From Geopsychrobacteraceae bacterium (GTDB taxonomy: Bacteria; Desulfobacterota; Desulfuromonadia; Desulfuromonadales; Geopsychrobacteraceae): 64,000 bases of DNA. Each line of letters opens with the position of its first letter. The stretch's first letter is position 1. Positions 26,170 through 34,630 of the stretch are shown piece by piece. The stretch spans positions 950,419 to 1,014,418 of the forward strand of contig OY782666.1 of the NCBI GenBank assembly GCA_963678035.1. Reading direction: 5' to 3'. A program made the position numbers and the translations under genes. Under the pieces are notes generated by a model that did not search any database, was not told the origin of the DNA, and saw only the letters and a program-made list of their open reading frames with translations.

Positions 26170-26709
26170 ATGATTGAAGCGATTGCTGCCAGAAGAAGTG
26201 TCCGCAAATACCGCACGCAAGCGGTTCCAGATGAACTCATCCACTCGCTGCTGGAGAGTGCGCGAATGGCTCCTTCGGGTCACAATACCCAGCCCTGGCA
26301 TTTTATTGTTATCAGAGAGCAGGAGCGCAAAGAACAACTGGTTGCGGCCTGCGGAAATCAACCCTGGATGCTCAGTGCCCCGGTTTTTATCGCCTGTGTC
26401 GCCGATCTACGGGCTCGCGTTCCAGCAGATGTTTCGCTGACCGTAGACGAGCAGAGTCCGGCCAAGGAACTCAAGCTGGTGCTGCGCGATACCGCTATCG
26501 CTGTCGAGCACCTGGTTTTGGAGGCGGTTGCCCAAGGGTTGGGAACCTGCTGGGTCGCCCAGTTCACCCAAGAACAGATTCGCCCGCTGCTCGGAGTTCC
26601 CAATGATCGCTATGTGCTCAGTATTATTACCCTCGGTTATCCCGCGGAGACACCTGTTGTGAAACGAAGAAAAAATCTTGCTGAGATCGTGCATTATGAG
26701 CACTGGTGA
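26170..26709 (+). CDS. Nitroreductase family protein
   Basis: AIAARRSVRKY, APSGHNTQPWHFIVI, GLGTCWV. Confidence 0.85.
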   Translation: MIEAIAARRSVRKYRTQAVPDELIHSLLESARMAPSGHNTQPWHFIVIREQERKEQLVAACGNQPWMLSAPVFIACVADLRARVPADVSLTVDEQSPAKELKLVLRDTAIAVEHLVLEAVAQGLGTCWVAQFTQEQIRPLLGVPNDRYVLSIITLGYPAETPVVKRRKNLAEIVHYEHW

Positions 26710-26978
26710 GCGGGGCTGACGAGCCCAGAGCAGGGGTGAATAAAAAACTCTCCATCCTCTCCATCATTACCGCCGTTTTTCTGCCCTTGGCAGCTGACCG
26801 GCTGCTGGGAATCAATGTCGGCGGAATCCCCGCTAGTGACAACCCCTTTGCCTTCTTGTTTGTCTGCCTGCTGCTGGGGATTGTGGTTACCCAGCTGCTA
26901 ATTTTCAGGAAGATTCACTGGGTCTATCTAAGAGGTGTCAGCTTTGTCGTAAAGCAGGGGAGGAATGCCGCCGCTTAG
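26706..26978 (+). pseudogene. C-terminal two-TM remnant of a ZntB/CorA-family metal transporter
   Basis: NKKLSILSIITAVFLPLAADRLLGINVGGIPASDNPFAFLFVCLLLGIVV...HWV is collinear with the ZntB C-terminus (…FLP….G.N.GGIP…). The roughly 230-aa cytoplasmic domain is absent, and the GTG start overlaps the nitroreductase stop. Confidence 0.55.
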
Positions 26979-27424
26979 TCGATGACCCGGACAATCTCTT
27001 TGCCGGCCAGGTAAACCACCCGGTCCTCCTGCAGGAAGAGCAGGAATTTGCGGCCCTGGTTGAGAAAGTCCTTAATCCGGTTGTGCTCGTCGGGCAGGCT
27101 AACAAAGGTGACCAGTTGCAGTGTCGGACCGGCAGTCATGTGGACTTCTACCCGATACTCTTTGCCTAGCCGCAACAGTTCGTCGAACTCATCGCTCGCT
27201 GCAGTTTCAACGGCGATGACCTGGTGGAGATTGAGCAGGTCGATTTTCCCCTCATGGCGTAACGGGATGAAAGGTTCGGCGCCGTTGAGAACTTCCCCGA
27301 CGCGCTGTGGGCCGAATTGATGCGCACCATGCATCTGCAGGAATAATTCTCCTTCCAGCTGCACTCCGGTGCGCAGGGTTATGCGGACGGCTCTGGTTTC
27401 AACGGAAATGCGTTGGTCTTCCAT
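26975..27424 (-). CDS. Conserved-looking hypothetical protein with two internal repeats of about 60 aa, translationally adjacent to pilT
   Basis: ATG lies 2 nt after the pilT stop. The two halves share the pattern R[VI]x[ED][VF]LNxxxxF[IL]x[LF]...[LY]L...I..V. Confidence 0.65.
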   Translation of the reverse strand: MEDQRISVETRAVRITLRTGVQLEGELFLQMHGAHQFGPQRVGEVLNGAEPFIPLRHEGKIDLLNLHQVIAVETAASDEFDELLRLGKEYRVEVHMTAGPTLQLVTFVSLPDEHNRIKDFLNQGRKFLLFLQEDRVVYLAGKEIVRVID

Positions 27425-27425
27425 G

Positions 27426-28484
27426 TTATTCACCTGTGGCCTGGGTAAATAGGTTTTTATTGACGGCAAAGCGGGCCGCTTCTTCCGGCGTCACGCGCTT
27501 TTGTTTGACCAGTTCCTGCAAAGCCTGATCCATGAGCTGCATGCCGTCGCGCCGACCGGTTTGGATAACCGATGGTAGCTGGAAGGTTTTCCCTTCCCGG
27601 ATCAAATTAGCCGAAGCGGCGTTCACTTTTAAAATTTCCAGGGCCGCACAGCGCTTGCCGTCGACGGTGCGTAGCAGCTGCTGGGCGACCACTCCGCGCA
27701 GGGATTCGGCGAGCATGGTGCGGATTTGCTCCTGCTGGGTGGTTGGGAAGACATTGACCAGCCGGTCCACGGTTTTGGCTGCGCTGCTGGTGTGCAGGGT
27801 GCCAAAAACCAGGTGCCCAGTTTCCGCCGCAGTGATGGCCAGCTCAATGGTTTCCAAGTCGCGCATTTCACCGACCAGGATGATATCCGGGTCCTCACGC
27901 AGGGCCGCCTTCAGGGCCGAGGCAAAGCTGGCGGTGTGGACACCGACTTCACGCTGGTTGATCAGGCTCTTTTTGGCCTGATGAACGAATTCAATGGGAT
28001 CTTCAACGGTCAGAATGTGTTCGTTTCTGTTGACGTTGATATGATCGATCATGGCGGCCAGGGTGGTCGATTTACCACTACCGGTCGGGCCGGTGACCAG
28101 GATCAGGCCTTTTTTATATTCGGTCAGGCTGAGCACTGCCTCGGGCAGGCCCAGTTGTTCCACGCTGAGGATCTCAGCCGGAATAATTCTGAAAACCGCA
28201 CTGATGCCGAGCCGACCCATAAAGATGTTGGCGCGGAAGCGGGCATTTAATGCCGGAACCTCATAGGCAAAATCAAGGTCATGACGATTTTCGAACTCAC
28301 TCCGCTGGGTTTCGCTCATGATTTCATAGAGCAGGGCCTGATACTGGGAGCTATTGAGCACCTGGTTCAGGGCGGGCTTTAACTGTCCGGAAGCGCGAAT
28401 CATAGGTGGGTTCCCCGGCGAAAGATGTAGGTCCGAACCGCCCTGCTGCTGTAAAATTTGAAAAAGTTTGTCAATCTTCGCCAT
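27426..28484 (-). CDS. pilT: Type IV pilus retraction ATPase PilT
   Basis: MAKIDKLFQILQQQGGSDLHL, Walker A GPTGSGKST, Asp/His boxes (ILVGEMRD, GHLVFGTLHT), and a PilT-specific AIRNLIREGK-like motif (ANLIREGK). Confidence 0.92.
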   Translation of the reverse strand: MAKIDKLFQILQQQGGSDLHLSPGNPPMIRASGQLKPALNQVLNSSQYQALLYEIMSETQRSEFENRHDLDFAYEVPALNARFRANIFMGRLGISAVFRIIPAEILSVEQLGLPEAVLSLTEYKKGLILVTGPTGSGKSTTLAAMIDHINVNRNEHILTVEDPIEFVHQAKKSLINQREVGVHTASFASALKAALREDPDIILVGEMRDLETIELAITAAETGHLVFGTLHTSSAAKTVDRLVNVFPTTQQEQIRTMLAESLRGVVAQQLLRTVDGKRCAALEILKVNAASANLIREGKTFQLPSVIQTGRRDGMQLMDQALQELVKQKRVTPEEAARFAVNKNLFTQATGE

Positions 28485-28651
28485 AATACGTCCTTATTTT
28501 TGAGCTGTAGAGAAAAATTAGCGAATTGTAACATTAAACTTTTGGAAAGGCATGGATTTTAATACAATGCGGCAAATTCTCTGTTGTACAGTCATTTCCA
28601 GTTTTGCCAATACTCTTAACCAGGCCCCCTGGAGAGCGGATTATTTCATCA

Positions 28652-29764
28652 ATGAAATATAAATCTTGGTTGGTGCTGTGCGTTCTGCTCAGTCTGTTTG
28701 CTGTCAACAGCGCAGCAGGGGAGGAAGTGCTGACCTTAGACCAGAAAATCGGCCAGATGCTGATGGTTGGTTTTCGCGGCACCGATCTGGCCCAGGTCGG
28801 CTTCATTAGCGATGCGATCAAAGCCCGGCGGCTGGGCGGGGTCATCCTGTTCGATTACGATGTCGTGACCGGGCGGCGAGGGCGGAATATCGTCTCTGTT
28901 ACCCAGCTGCAGCAGCTGACTGCAGAATTGCAGGGGCTGGAAAAAAGTCCGCTGCTGATCGCCGTAGATCAGGAGGGCGGCCGTATTGCGCGGCTTAAGC
29001 CCCGCAACGGGTTTGCTGCGACCTTATCTCATCGGCAACTGGGGCAACAAAGTGATGGACAGCTAACTCTGGCCGAAGCCGGCAAAATCGCCGCTCAGTT
29101 GCAAACGGCCGGGATTAACCTGAACTTTGCACCTGTTGTCGATTTGTGCAGCAACCCGGACAACCCGGTCATCGCCCGCCTGGGGCGTTGCTTCTCCAAC
29201 GATCCTCAACAGGTGGCGGAGCAGGCCCGGTTGTATATGGTCGCCCATCAACAGGCCGGAGTTCTGACCGTTTTGAAACATTTTCCTGGTCATGGCAGTT
29301 CAAAGAGCGATTCCCACCAGGGCTTCACTGATGTCAGTCAAACCTGGAAGCCTGCGGAACTGATTCCGTATCGCAGCTTGATTCCGACCGGGCAGGTCGA
29401 TGCGATTATGGTCGCCCATGTCTTCAATAGGGGGATTGACCCTCAATATCCGGCGTCTTTATCCGCAAAAACGATTGACGGGTTATTGCGGGATCAACTC
29501 GGTTTCAAGGGCGTGGTGATTTCAGATGATCTGCAGATGGCCGCGCTCAGTAAATATTACTCTCTGGACGAGATCCTCTATCGGGCGATTCAGGCCGGGA
29601 CGGATATCCTGGTTTTTGGCAACAACCTTGCCTATGACGAGACCATTGTCAACCAAGCGATTGCCACAATCAAGCAACAGGTCCGACAAGGTCGATTGAG
29701 TGAGGCACGAATTGAACAGTCTTACCGGAGGATTATACAGTTGAAAGCGAAGCTCAAAGACTGA
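28652..29764 (+). CDS. Secreted glycoside hydrolase family 3 protein (beta-N-acetylhexosaminidase, NagZ-like)
   Basis: Signal peptide MKYKSWLVLCVLLSLFAVNSAAG. Motifs KIGQMLMVGFRG, DQEGGRIARL, KHFPGHGSS..DSH, ISDDLQM. Confidence 0.85.
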   Translation: MKYKSWLVLCVLLSLFAVNSAAGEEVLTLDQKIGQMLMVGFRGTDLAQVGFISDAIKARRLGGVILFDYDVVTGRRGRNIVSVTQLQQLTAELQGLEKSPLLIAVDQEGGRIARLKPRNGFAATLSHRQLGQQSDGQLTLAEAGKIAAQLQTAGINLNFAPVVDLCSNPDNPVIARLGRCFSNDPQQVAEQARLYMVAHQQAGVLTVLKHFPGHGSSKSDSHQGFTDVSQTWKPAELIPYRSLIPTGQVDAIMVAHVFNRGIDPQYPASLSAKTIDGLLRDQLGFKGVVISDDLQMAALSKYYSLDEILYRAIQAGTDILVFGNNLAYDETIVNQAIATIKQQVRQGRLSEARIEQSYRRIIQLKAKLKD

Positions 29765-29787
29765 CATTTGCTCGCCAGATAAAAAAA

Positions 29788-29831
29788 GGCTCCAAGGCAG
29801 CGGAGGGGGGATACTACCTTGGAGCCTTATT
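29788..29831. terminator. Bidirectional-type rho-independent terminator after the GH3 gene
   Basis: aaaaaaa-ggctccaagg-(19 nt)-ccttggagcc-ttatt. Confidence 0.6.
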
Positions 29832-30223
29832 GAGTGAATCGATAGACTCACTCTTCATTAAGTGGAAATATAAATGAACATCGTTTGTTTTGTCAACTGC
29901 TGTAATGACTCCCATAGCTGTTTTTCAACCGCACCGGCAAAGTTTGTGCTATAAAAATTCAGGTTTTTTCGACCTGCAGCCGTTCCTCGGCAGATCAACT
30001 GATTCAGACTGATTTCGATCTTTTGTTCAAGGCTCGTTCCGCAGCCGAGAAGACATATTTTTTGGTACCGCAGTTTCACAATCAGGCTGGCGGTCTTTCT
30101 GACCGGGAGCGGATTGGTCAGCTCATATGTGACCATCAGCCTGGGTCATGCGATCAAACGAATCTGAATCCGGATAACCCGCCAGCGGATCAATTGGCTC
30201 TACCACCTACGACGGATCTTGAC

Positions 30224-31591
30224 ATGGGCAATAATCTACTTTTTCTACTGACATTTTGCGGAACCCTATTAACCATTGTGTTGCTTGCCTGGGGTGGAAA
30301 AACCAAGGCTCATGACAGCAGCGATTTTTCCCTCGGTGGGCGCAAGGCAGGCAGCTGGGATGTCTATGGCGCCATTACCGGCACCCTGGTCGGCGGTGCG
30401 TCCACCATCGGGACGGCGCAGTTGGCCTTTATTTGGGGGCTATCCGCCTGGTGGTTTACTCTTGGTGCTGGCTTGGCTTGTCTTTTTCTTGGGGTCTTTC
30501 TGGCCGTCCCGTTACGGCAAAGTCAGGTCGAGACCATTCCCCAATATATTTCCCGCTATCATGGTGAACGGGCCAGGGTGGCGGCCAGCCTGTTCTCAGC
30601 CCTCGGCATGTTTATTCAGATCGTCGCTCAACTGCTGGCCTGTGGCGCTATTCTGGCGGTTCTCTTCGATCTGTCCCTGCTCTGGAGTGCCAGTATCTCA
30701 ACCCTGCTGGTGATTCTCTTCACCTTGGGAGGCGGTATGAAAGCCGCCGGCCTGACCGGGATGATCAAGATGTTTCTCATCTACCTGACCATGATTGCGG
30801 CCGGCGGTCTGGCTCTCTATAAACTCGGCGGCTGGCAGGGCCTGCAGAGTTCCTTCCCGCGCTTTCCCTGGTTCAGCTTGTTCGGTTATGGTGTTTCCGA
30901 AGGGGTGTCTGATCTGTTGTCGATGCTGGTCGGGGTTATCTCCACCCAGACCTATCTGCAGGCAGTGTTTTCCGCGCGGGACACGGGGACGGCGCGGCGC
31001 GGGGCACTGCTGAGTGCGGTCTTGATTCCGCCCCTGGGACTGTTAGGGGTGCTGGTCGGGCTGTTTATGAGACACTCGGCCCCTGAGTTGCAAAGCGCTC
31101 TGGCGTTACCGACTTTTATTCTCGACTATCTGCCAACCGCCCTGGCCGGGGTTTCTTTTGCAGCGCTGCTGATTGCGGCCGTAGGTACGGCCTCCGGCCT
31201 GGCCCTCGGGGTGGCCACGACTCTCAAAGTCGATGTCCTGCCGCGCTGGTTTTCTGGTAACGACCGGGAACTACCACTATTCAGGACTCTGACCGCAGGC
31301 GTGGTGCTGTCCGCTTTTGTTCTGCTGTTGTTCAATCTCGGCTCGGCGATCATGGATTGGAGCTTTCTTTCCATGGGGTTGCGTGGAGCAACCCTCTGCT
31401 TTCCGCTGTTGTTTGCCGTATTCTTGCCGGGTACGGATTTGCGGCGGGCCGGGGCGCTTTCTATCTTTATCGCCCCGACCTGTGTCATTGCCGCGGGGAT
31501 TCTCAAGCTACCGCTGGTTCAGCCTTTATATCTGGGGCTGGGGATTTCGTTGCTGATCTTCCTGACCGCTAAATTCAGTCGGCGGACGTAG
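30224..31591 (+). CDS. Sodium:solute symporter (SSS) family transporter
   Basis: 455-aa polytopic protein with SSS-like N-terminal region (FSLGGRKAGSWDVYGAITGTLVGGASTIGTAQLAF). ATG 30224 chosen because the 67 codons upstream are non-membrane and atypical. Confidence 0.8.
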   Translation: MGNNLLFLLTFCGTLLTIVLLAWGGKTKAHDSSDFSLGGRKAGSWDVYGAITGTLVGGASTIGTAQLAFIWGLSAWWFTLGAGLACLFLGVFLAVPLRQSQVETIPQYISRYHGERARVAASLFSALGMFIQIVAQLLACGAILAVLFDLSLLWSASISTLLVILFTLGGGMKAAGLTGMIKMFLIYLTMIAAGGLALYKLGGWQGLQSSFPRFPWFSLFGYGVSEGVSDLLSMLVGVISTQTYLQAVFSARDTGTARRGALLSAVLIPPLGLLGVLVGLFMRHSAPELQSALALPTFILDYLPTALAGVSFAALLIAAVGTASGLALGVATTLKVDVLPRWFSGNDRELPLFRTLTAGVVLSAFVLLLFNLGSAIMDWSFLSMGLRGATLCFPLLFAVFLPGTDLRRAGALSIFIAPTCVIAAGILKLPLVQPLYLGLGISLLIFLTAKFSRRT

Positions 31592-31596
31592 GTGGC

Positions 31597-31890
31597 TCAG
31601 CAGCATTCGACTTCAATTTTTTTCAGTAAGCGCAGGGCCTCCTGATCCGCCACATCTTCAAAGAATTCTTCAAGGTTGTTGATGTAACTATGGATCAGAA
31701 AAAGATAATCCTTGCCTGAGACGCCGCTTTCGGCATCCTTCAGGAACTGTTCGAATTTTTCCCAGAACGGGTTGGTTTTTTCCGGGTCTGCGAGATGCTG
31801 ACGCAACATAGCAATCAGTTGGTGGGTGTTTTTTGCACACTCGATCCCTTTGAAAGAGACATAACGATCCGGTTTTTCCTGGGCTTGCAT
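31597..31890 (-). CDS. Small acidic protein of unknown function ending in Cys-Cys (97 aa)
   Basis: Strong SD (aggagg) 7 nt upstream of the ATG. Helical, charged sequence ending ...KKIEVECC. Lies downstream of sucrose synthase on the same strand. Confidence 0.65.
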   Translation of the reverse strand: MQAQEKPDRYVSFKGIECAKNTHQLIAMLRQHLADPEKTNPFWEKFEQFLKDAESGVSGKDYLFLIHSYINNLEEFFEDVADQEALRLLKKIEVECC

Positions 31891-32081
31891 GTGGTCTTAC
31901 CTCCTGGTGAGAAGTGATGTCCTGCAAACCCCGTTGTTCACATTCAGAACCAAGCCTCTTCGCTTAAAAAAACAATCCGCGGCAAACGCAGAATGACTGT
32001 GGAGGAAGAAATTACCACAAGATCAGCTGCAGGGCAAAGCCGATCCGTAGCGCCTGGCTCTGCCGTTGCCTCCCTCCACGC

Positions 32082-34481
32082 TCAGTGCGTATCCGCAGCC
32101 AGACTCCTGAACATGAGACCATGGAACATTTCCAGATAGCGTCTGGTCTCTTCCCGCTCCAGATTGGAGACATATTTCCAGAAGCCGTACACACGTGACA
32201 ACGTCAACAGCCGCTTCGCGTAGAGTGACCAGGTGTATTTTTCCTGAACCCGATCAATGGCTGCACGGGAAAGCTTGTCCCAGTATTGCGGTTCTTTATC
32301 CACCCGTTCGAAAAAATCCGCCAGTTTATCGGCCAGTTCGGCATTGTTGTTGGGGTCGATATGAAAGCCGTTCTTGCCGTTCTGGATGATTTCCAGCGGT
32401 CCGCCGTACATGGTGGCAAAAATCGGCAGGCCGGTCACCATGGCCTCGATAACGGTCAGCCCAAACGCTTCGAACAGCGCCGGTTGAACGAACACGCCCC
32501 GATGGTCGGCGACATAACGGTACAACTCCCCGGCCTTGTTCTTTTGCAGATGTTTTCCCAGCCAGCGGACCTGCTGGTCAAGGCCGTACTGCTCGAACAA
32601 CCGATGCATGGTTTCAATCTGGTAACGCTCTTCCGCATCGGCGGAGTCATTTTGATCGACACTGCCGGCGACCACCAGCAGATTGGCTTGCTCCCTGAGG
32701 CGGGGCGATTGGGCATAGGCTTCAACCAGGCCGGTAATGTTTTTCACTTTGTCGAGCCGGGCCATGGTGAAGATCAGAGGCTTTTCCTGGTCGTGCAGAA
32801 CCCCGCGCGAGAAATCGGTCGCAGTGCCGAAGATCAACTCATTGAGCTCATCATGGGTTTCGGTGAGGCGTCTTTCCTTTTCGTAATAGGGGAAATAGAT
32901 CCGTTCGTCTGCACCCGGAGAAACAATGTTGAATTTAGGGTCATAGATATTGATGCCGTTGATCACCCGAAACAGGGCCGGCATGGTAAAGGAGCTGTAA
33001 CTTTCATACTGGCCAATGGAATCTTCAGTGCCGGCGATTTCCTGGTAGGTGCTCGAAATAATAAAGTCGGCCGCGTTCATACTGACCAGGTCGGCGGTAA
33101 ACTGGGTCTGAAAATTATATTCCGGATTCTCTTTCCAATACAATCCGCTGAACAGGTACTTGGCCTTTTCCAGGGCGTGAGCGATGATGCATTGGGTCAC
33201 TTTCATCCGCCGCGACAGTAAGAAGGACACCAGATTCCCGTCCGAATAGTTGCCAATGATCAGGTCTGGTCTGGCCCCGAGGTAAGAGAGCAGTTTTCGT
33301 TCGGATTCACGACTGAAGCGCTCCAGATAGGGCCAAATTTTAAATCGGGAAATCCATTGATTGAGCACTTCGCCGCTTTCATTGCGAAACGGCACCCGCA
33401 GAATGACCGAGCCGGTGGTTCCGGCGATCTGTTCTTCGCGCTGGTTACATGAGGTTCCATGGCTGTCGGGAATGAGGCGGGTGAGGACGACAATATTCGG
33501 TTCAATATCCAGTCCCTGGTGATAGATTTGCTCCTTCATCTCTTTTTCCAGCGCTCTGACCTGGTCGAGGATATAGACAACCTGACCGCCGGTGTCGGGC
33601 AGCCCGAGAACATTTTCCTGGCCGAAAAAACCGTGGGGGGAAACGATGACAATACTGAAAATCATCGGAATGCGGCCAAGGAACTGCTCAAGAATGGTTG
33701 GGTCGGGCGCTTCCAGGATATCCATCAGCATATGGAACATGGCCAGGATATCCTCGACTTTGCGACCCCAGCCAGGCAGGAAACCGTAGCTAGCCAGGGT
33801 GGTATGGACGTCCTTCCATTCGGCGTCGGCATCAACCTGATTGAGATAACGCACGCCTTTGCGCAAAGCCGTCTGCAGGCTGTCGACGTCATCGACCATG
33901 CCGTTAAGCATCAGCTGGGTCCCACGGTGCTGGTGAACGCGCAGAAAATTAAGCATCATCCGGTCGCCGTCACTGGCTTCAACAAACAATTTGCTGGACA
34001 GTTGGCGGTTGAGGAACTCAACTCCTTTGCCGATAGAGCGGGGTTCCTGCAGCTTGGGAAAATCGCGATTGAAGGGGGTCATGTCCAACTCGAGGAGGAA
34101 TTCGTCAGTAGGGGGCGTATAGCCGACCAGGCGTTCCTTGAATTCCAGGTAATCGGTCACATCAATCTCGTCGATTTCGACTTCTTCACTATGAATACGA
34201 AAGTAGCGGAATTTGCCGATGGCAACACGCGCGGCCAGATAGATCCAAGGTTCGCTCCTGGAAATTTCCTGAGCGCTGGAAAACAGTTCGCTCATGATCG
34301 AGTTATGAAGCTGAGCCCCTTGTTCGGAGTCCAGGAAATCATTGTAGAGTTTTTGAATATCGCTCCTGAGCAGAAATGGAGATCCTTCGCTTTCTTTCTG
34401 TAGCAGCTGTTGGAAGAGGGAATAGATAGCGCTGCGGTGATTATTATGAAATTCCTTGAGTCTGTTCAGCATGGCTAACAT
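32082..34481 (-). CDS. susA: Sucrose synthase (GT4)
   Basis: Collinear with my recollection of prokaryotic SuSy (e.g. Nitrosomonas europaea): SIGKGVEFLNRQLSSKLF, LGLPDTGGQVVYILDQVRALEKEM, IIGNYSDGNLV, QCIIAHALEKAKY, YESYSSFTMP, VQPALFEAFGLTVIEAM, ETRRYLEMF. Confidence 0.92.
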   Translation of the reverse strand: MLAMLNRLKEFHNNHRSAIYSLFQQLLQKESEGSPFLLRSDIQKLYNDFLDSEQGAQLHNSIMSELFSSAQEISRSEPWIYLAARVAIGKFRYFRIHSEEVEIDEIDVTDYLEFKERLVGYTPPTDEFLLELDMTPFNRDFPKLQEPRSIGKGVEFLNRQLSSKLFVEASDGDRMMLNFLRVHQHRGTQLMLNGMVDDVDSLQTALRKGVRYLNQVDADAEWKDVHTTLASYGFLPGWGRKVEDILAMFHMLMDILEAPDPTILEQFLGRIPMIFSIVIVSPHGFFGQENVLGLPDTGGQVVYILDQVRALEKEMKEQIYHQGLDIEPNIVVLTRLIPDSHGTSCNQREEQIAGTTGSVILRVPFRNESGEVLNQWISRFKIWPYLERFSRESERKLLSYLGARPDLIIGNYSDGNLVSFLLSRRMKVTQCIIAHALEKAKYLFSGLYWKENPEYNFQTQFTADLVSMNAADFIISSTYQEIAGTEDSIGQYESYSSFTMPALFRVINGINIYDPKFNIVSPGADERIYFPYYEKERRLTETHDELNELIFGTATDFSRGVLHDQEKPLIFTMARLDKVKNITGLVEAYAQSPRLREQANLLVVAGSVDQNDSADAEERYQIETMHRLFEQYGLDQQVRWLGKHLQKNKAGELYRYVADHRGVFVQPALFEAFGLTVIEAMVTGLPIFATMYGGPLEIIQNGKNGFHIDPNNNAELADKLADFFERVDKEPQYWDKLSRAAIDRVQEKYTWSLYAKRLLTLSRVYGFWKYVSNLEREETRRYLEMFHGLMFRSLAADTH

Positions 34482-34630
34482 CCTTTCTCAGCGGGTGGTC
34501 GAAAAAATCGAAGTGCAGATTTTTTCAGGTCGGCGCAATAAATGCGTTTTCCCCGCTCTTCTGAAATCAAGAATCGAACTGACTGGTATTGCTTTTGATG
34601 CCCCTCTACAAGGGCACGACAGGCGGTTTT

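Noticed and set aside
27426-28484. pilT as the marker of a type IV pilus or competence gene cluster.
   Set aside because: No pilB/pilC/pilMNOPQ, pilin or secretin genes flank it, so it is an isolated paralog. Only its coupled downstream ORF is noteworthy.
29858-30136. 92-aa minus-strand ORF between the GH3 gene and the symporter.
   Set aside because: It has no SD, an odd composition, no downstream partner, and overlaps the predicted structured leader. I cannot exclude it without expression data.
30160-30195. Resemblance of UCUGAAUCCGGAUAACCCGCCAGCG to the 3' half of the TPP riboswitch (CCUGAUCUGGAUAAUGCCAGCG). This was tempting because SSS-family transporters (ThiV-type) have been linked to THI elements.
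   Set aside because: The P5 pairing is broken (CCGG cannot pair with CCAG). No GGGGUGC...CUGAGA 5' half is present upstream. The segment folds better as an unrelated hairpin (UGAaUCCG/CGGAUCA). I kept only the generic 'structured leader' observation.
30023-30223. Upstream TTG start that would add 67 residues to the symporter.
   Set aside because: The extension is hydrophilic and Pro/Asp/Gln-rich, unlike SSS N-termini, and overlaps the structured leader. The ATG at 30224 begins directly at the first TM.
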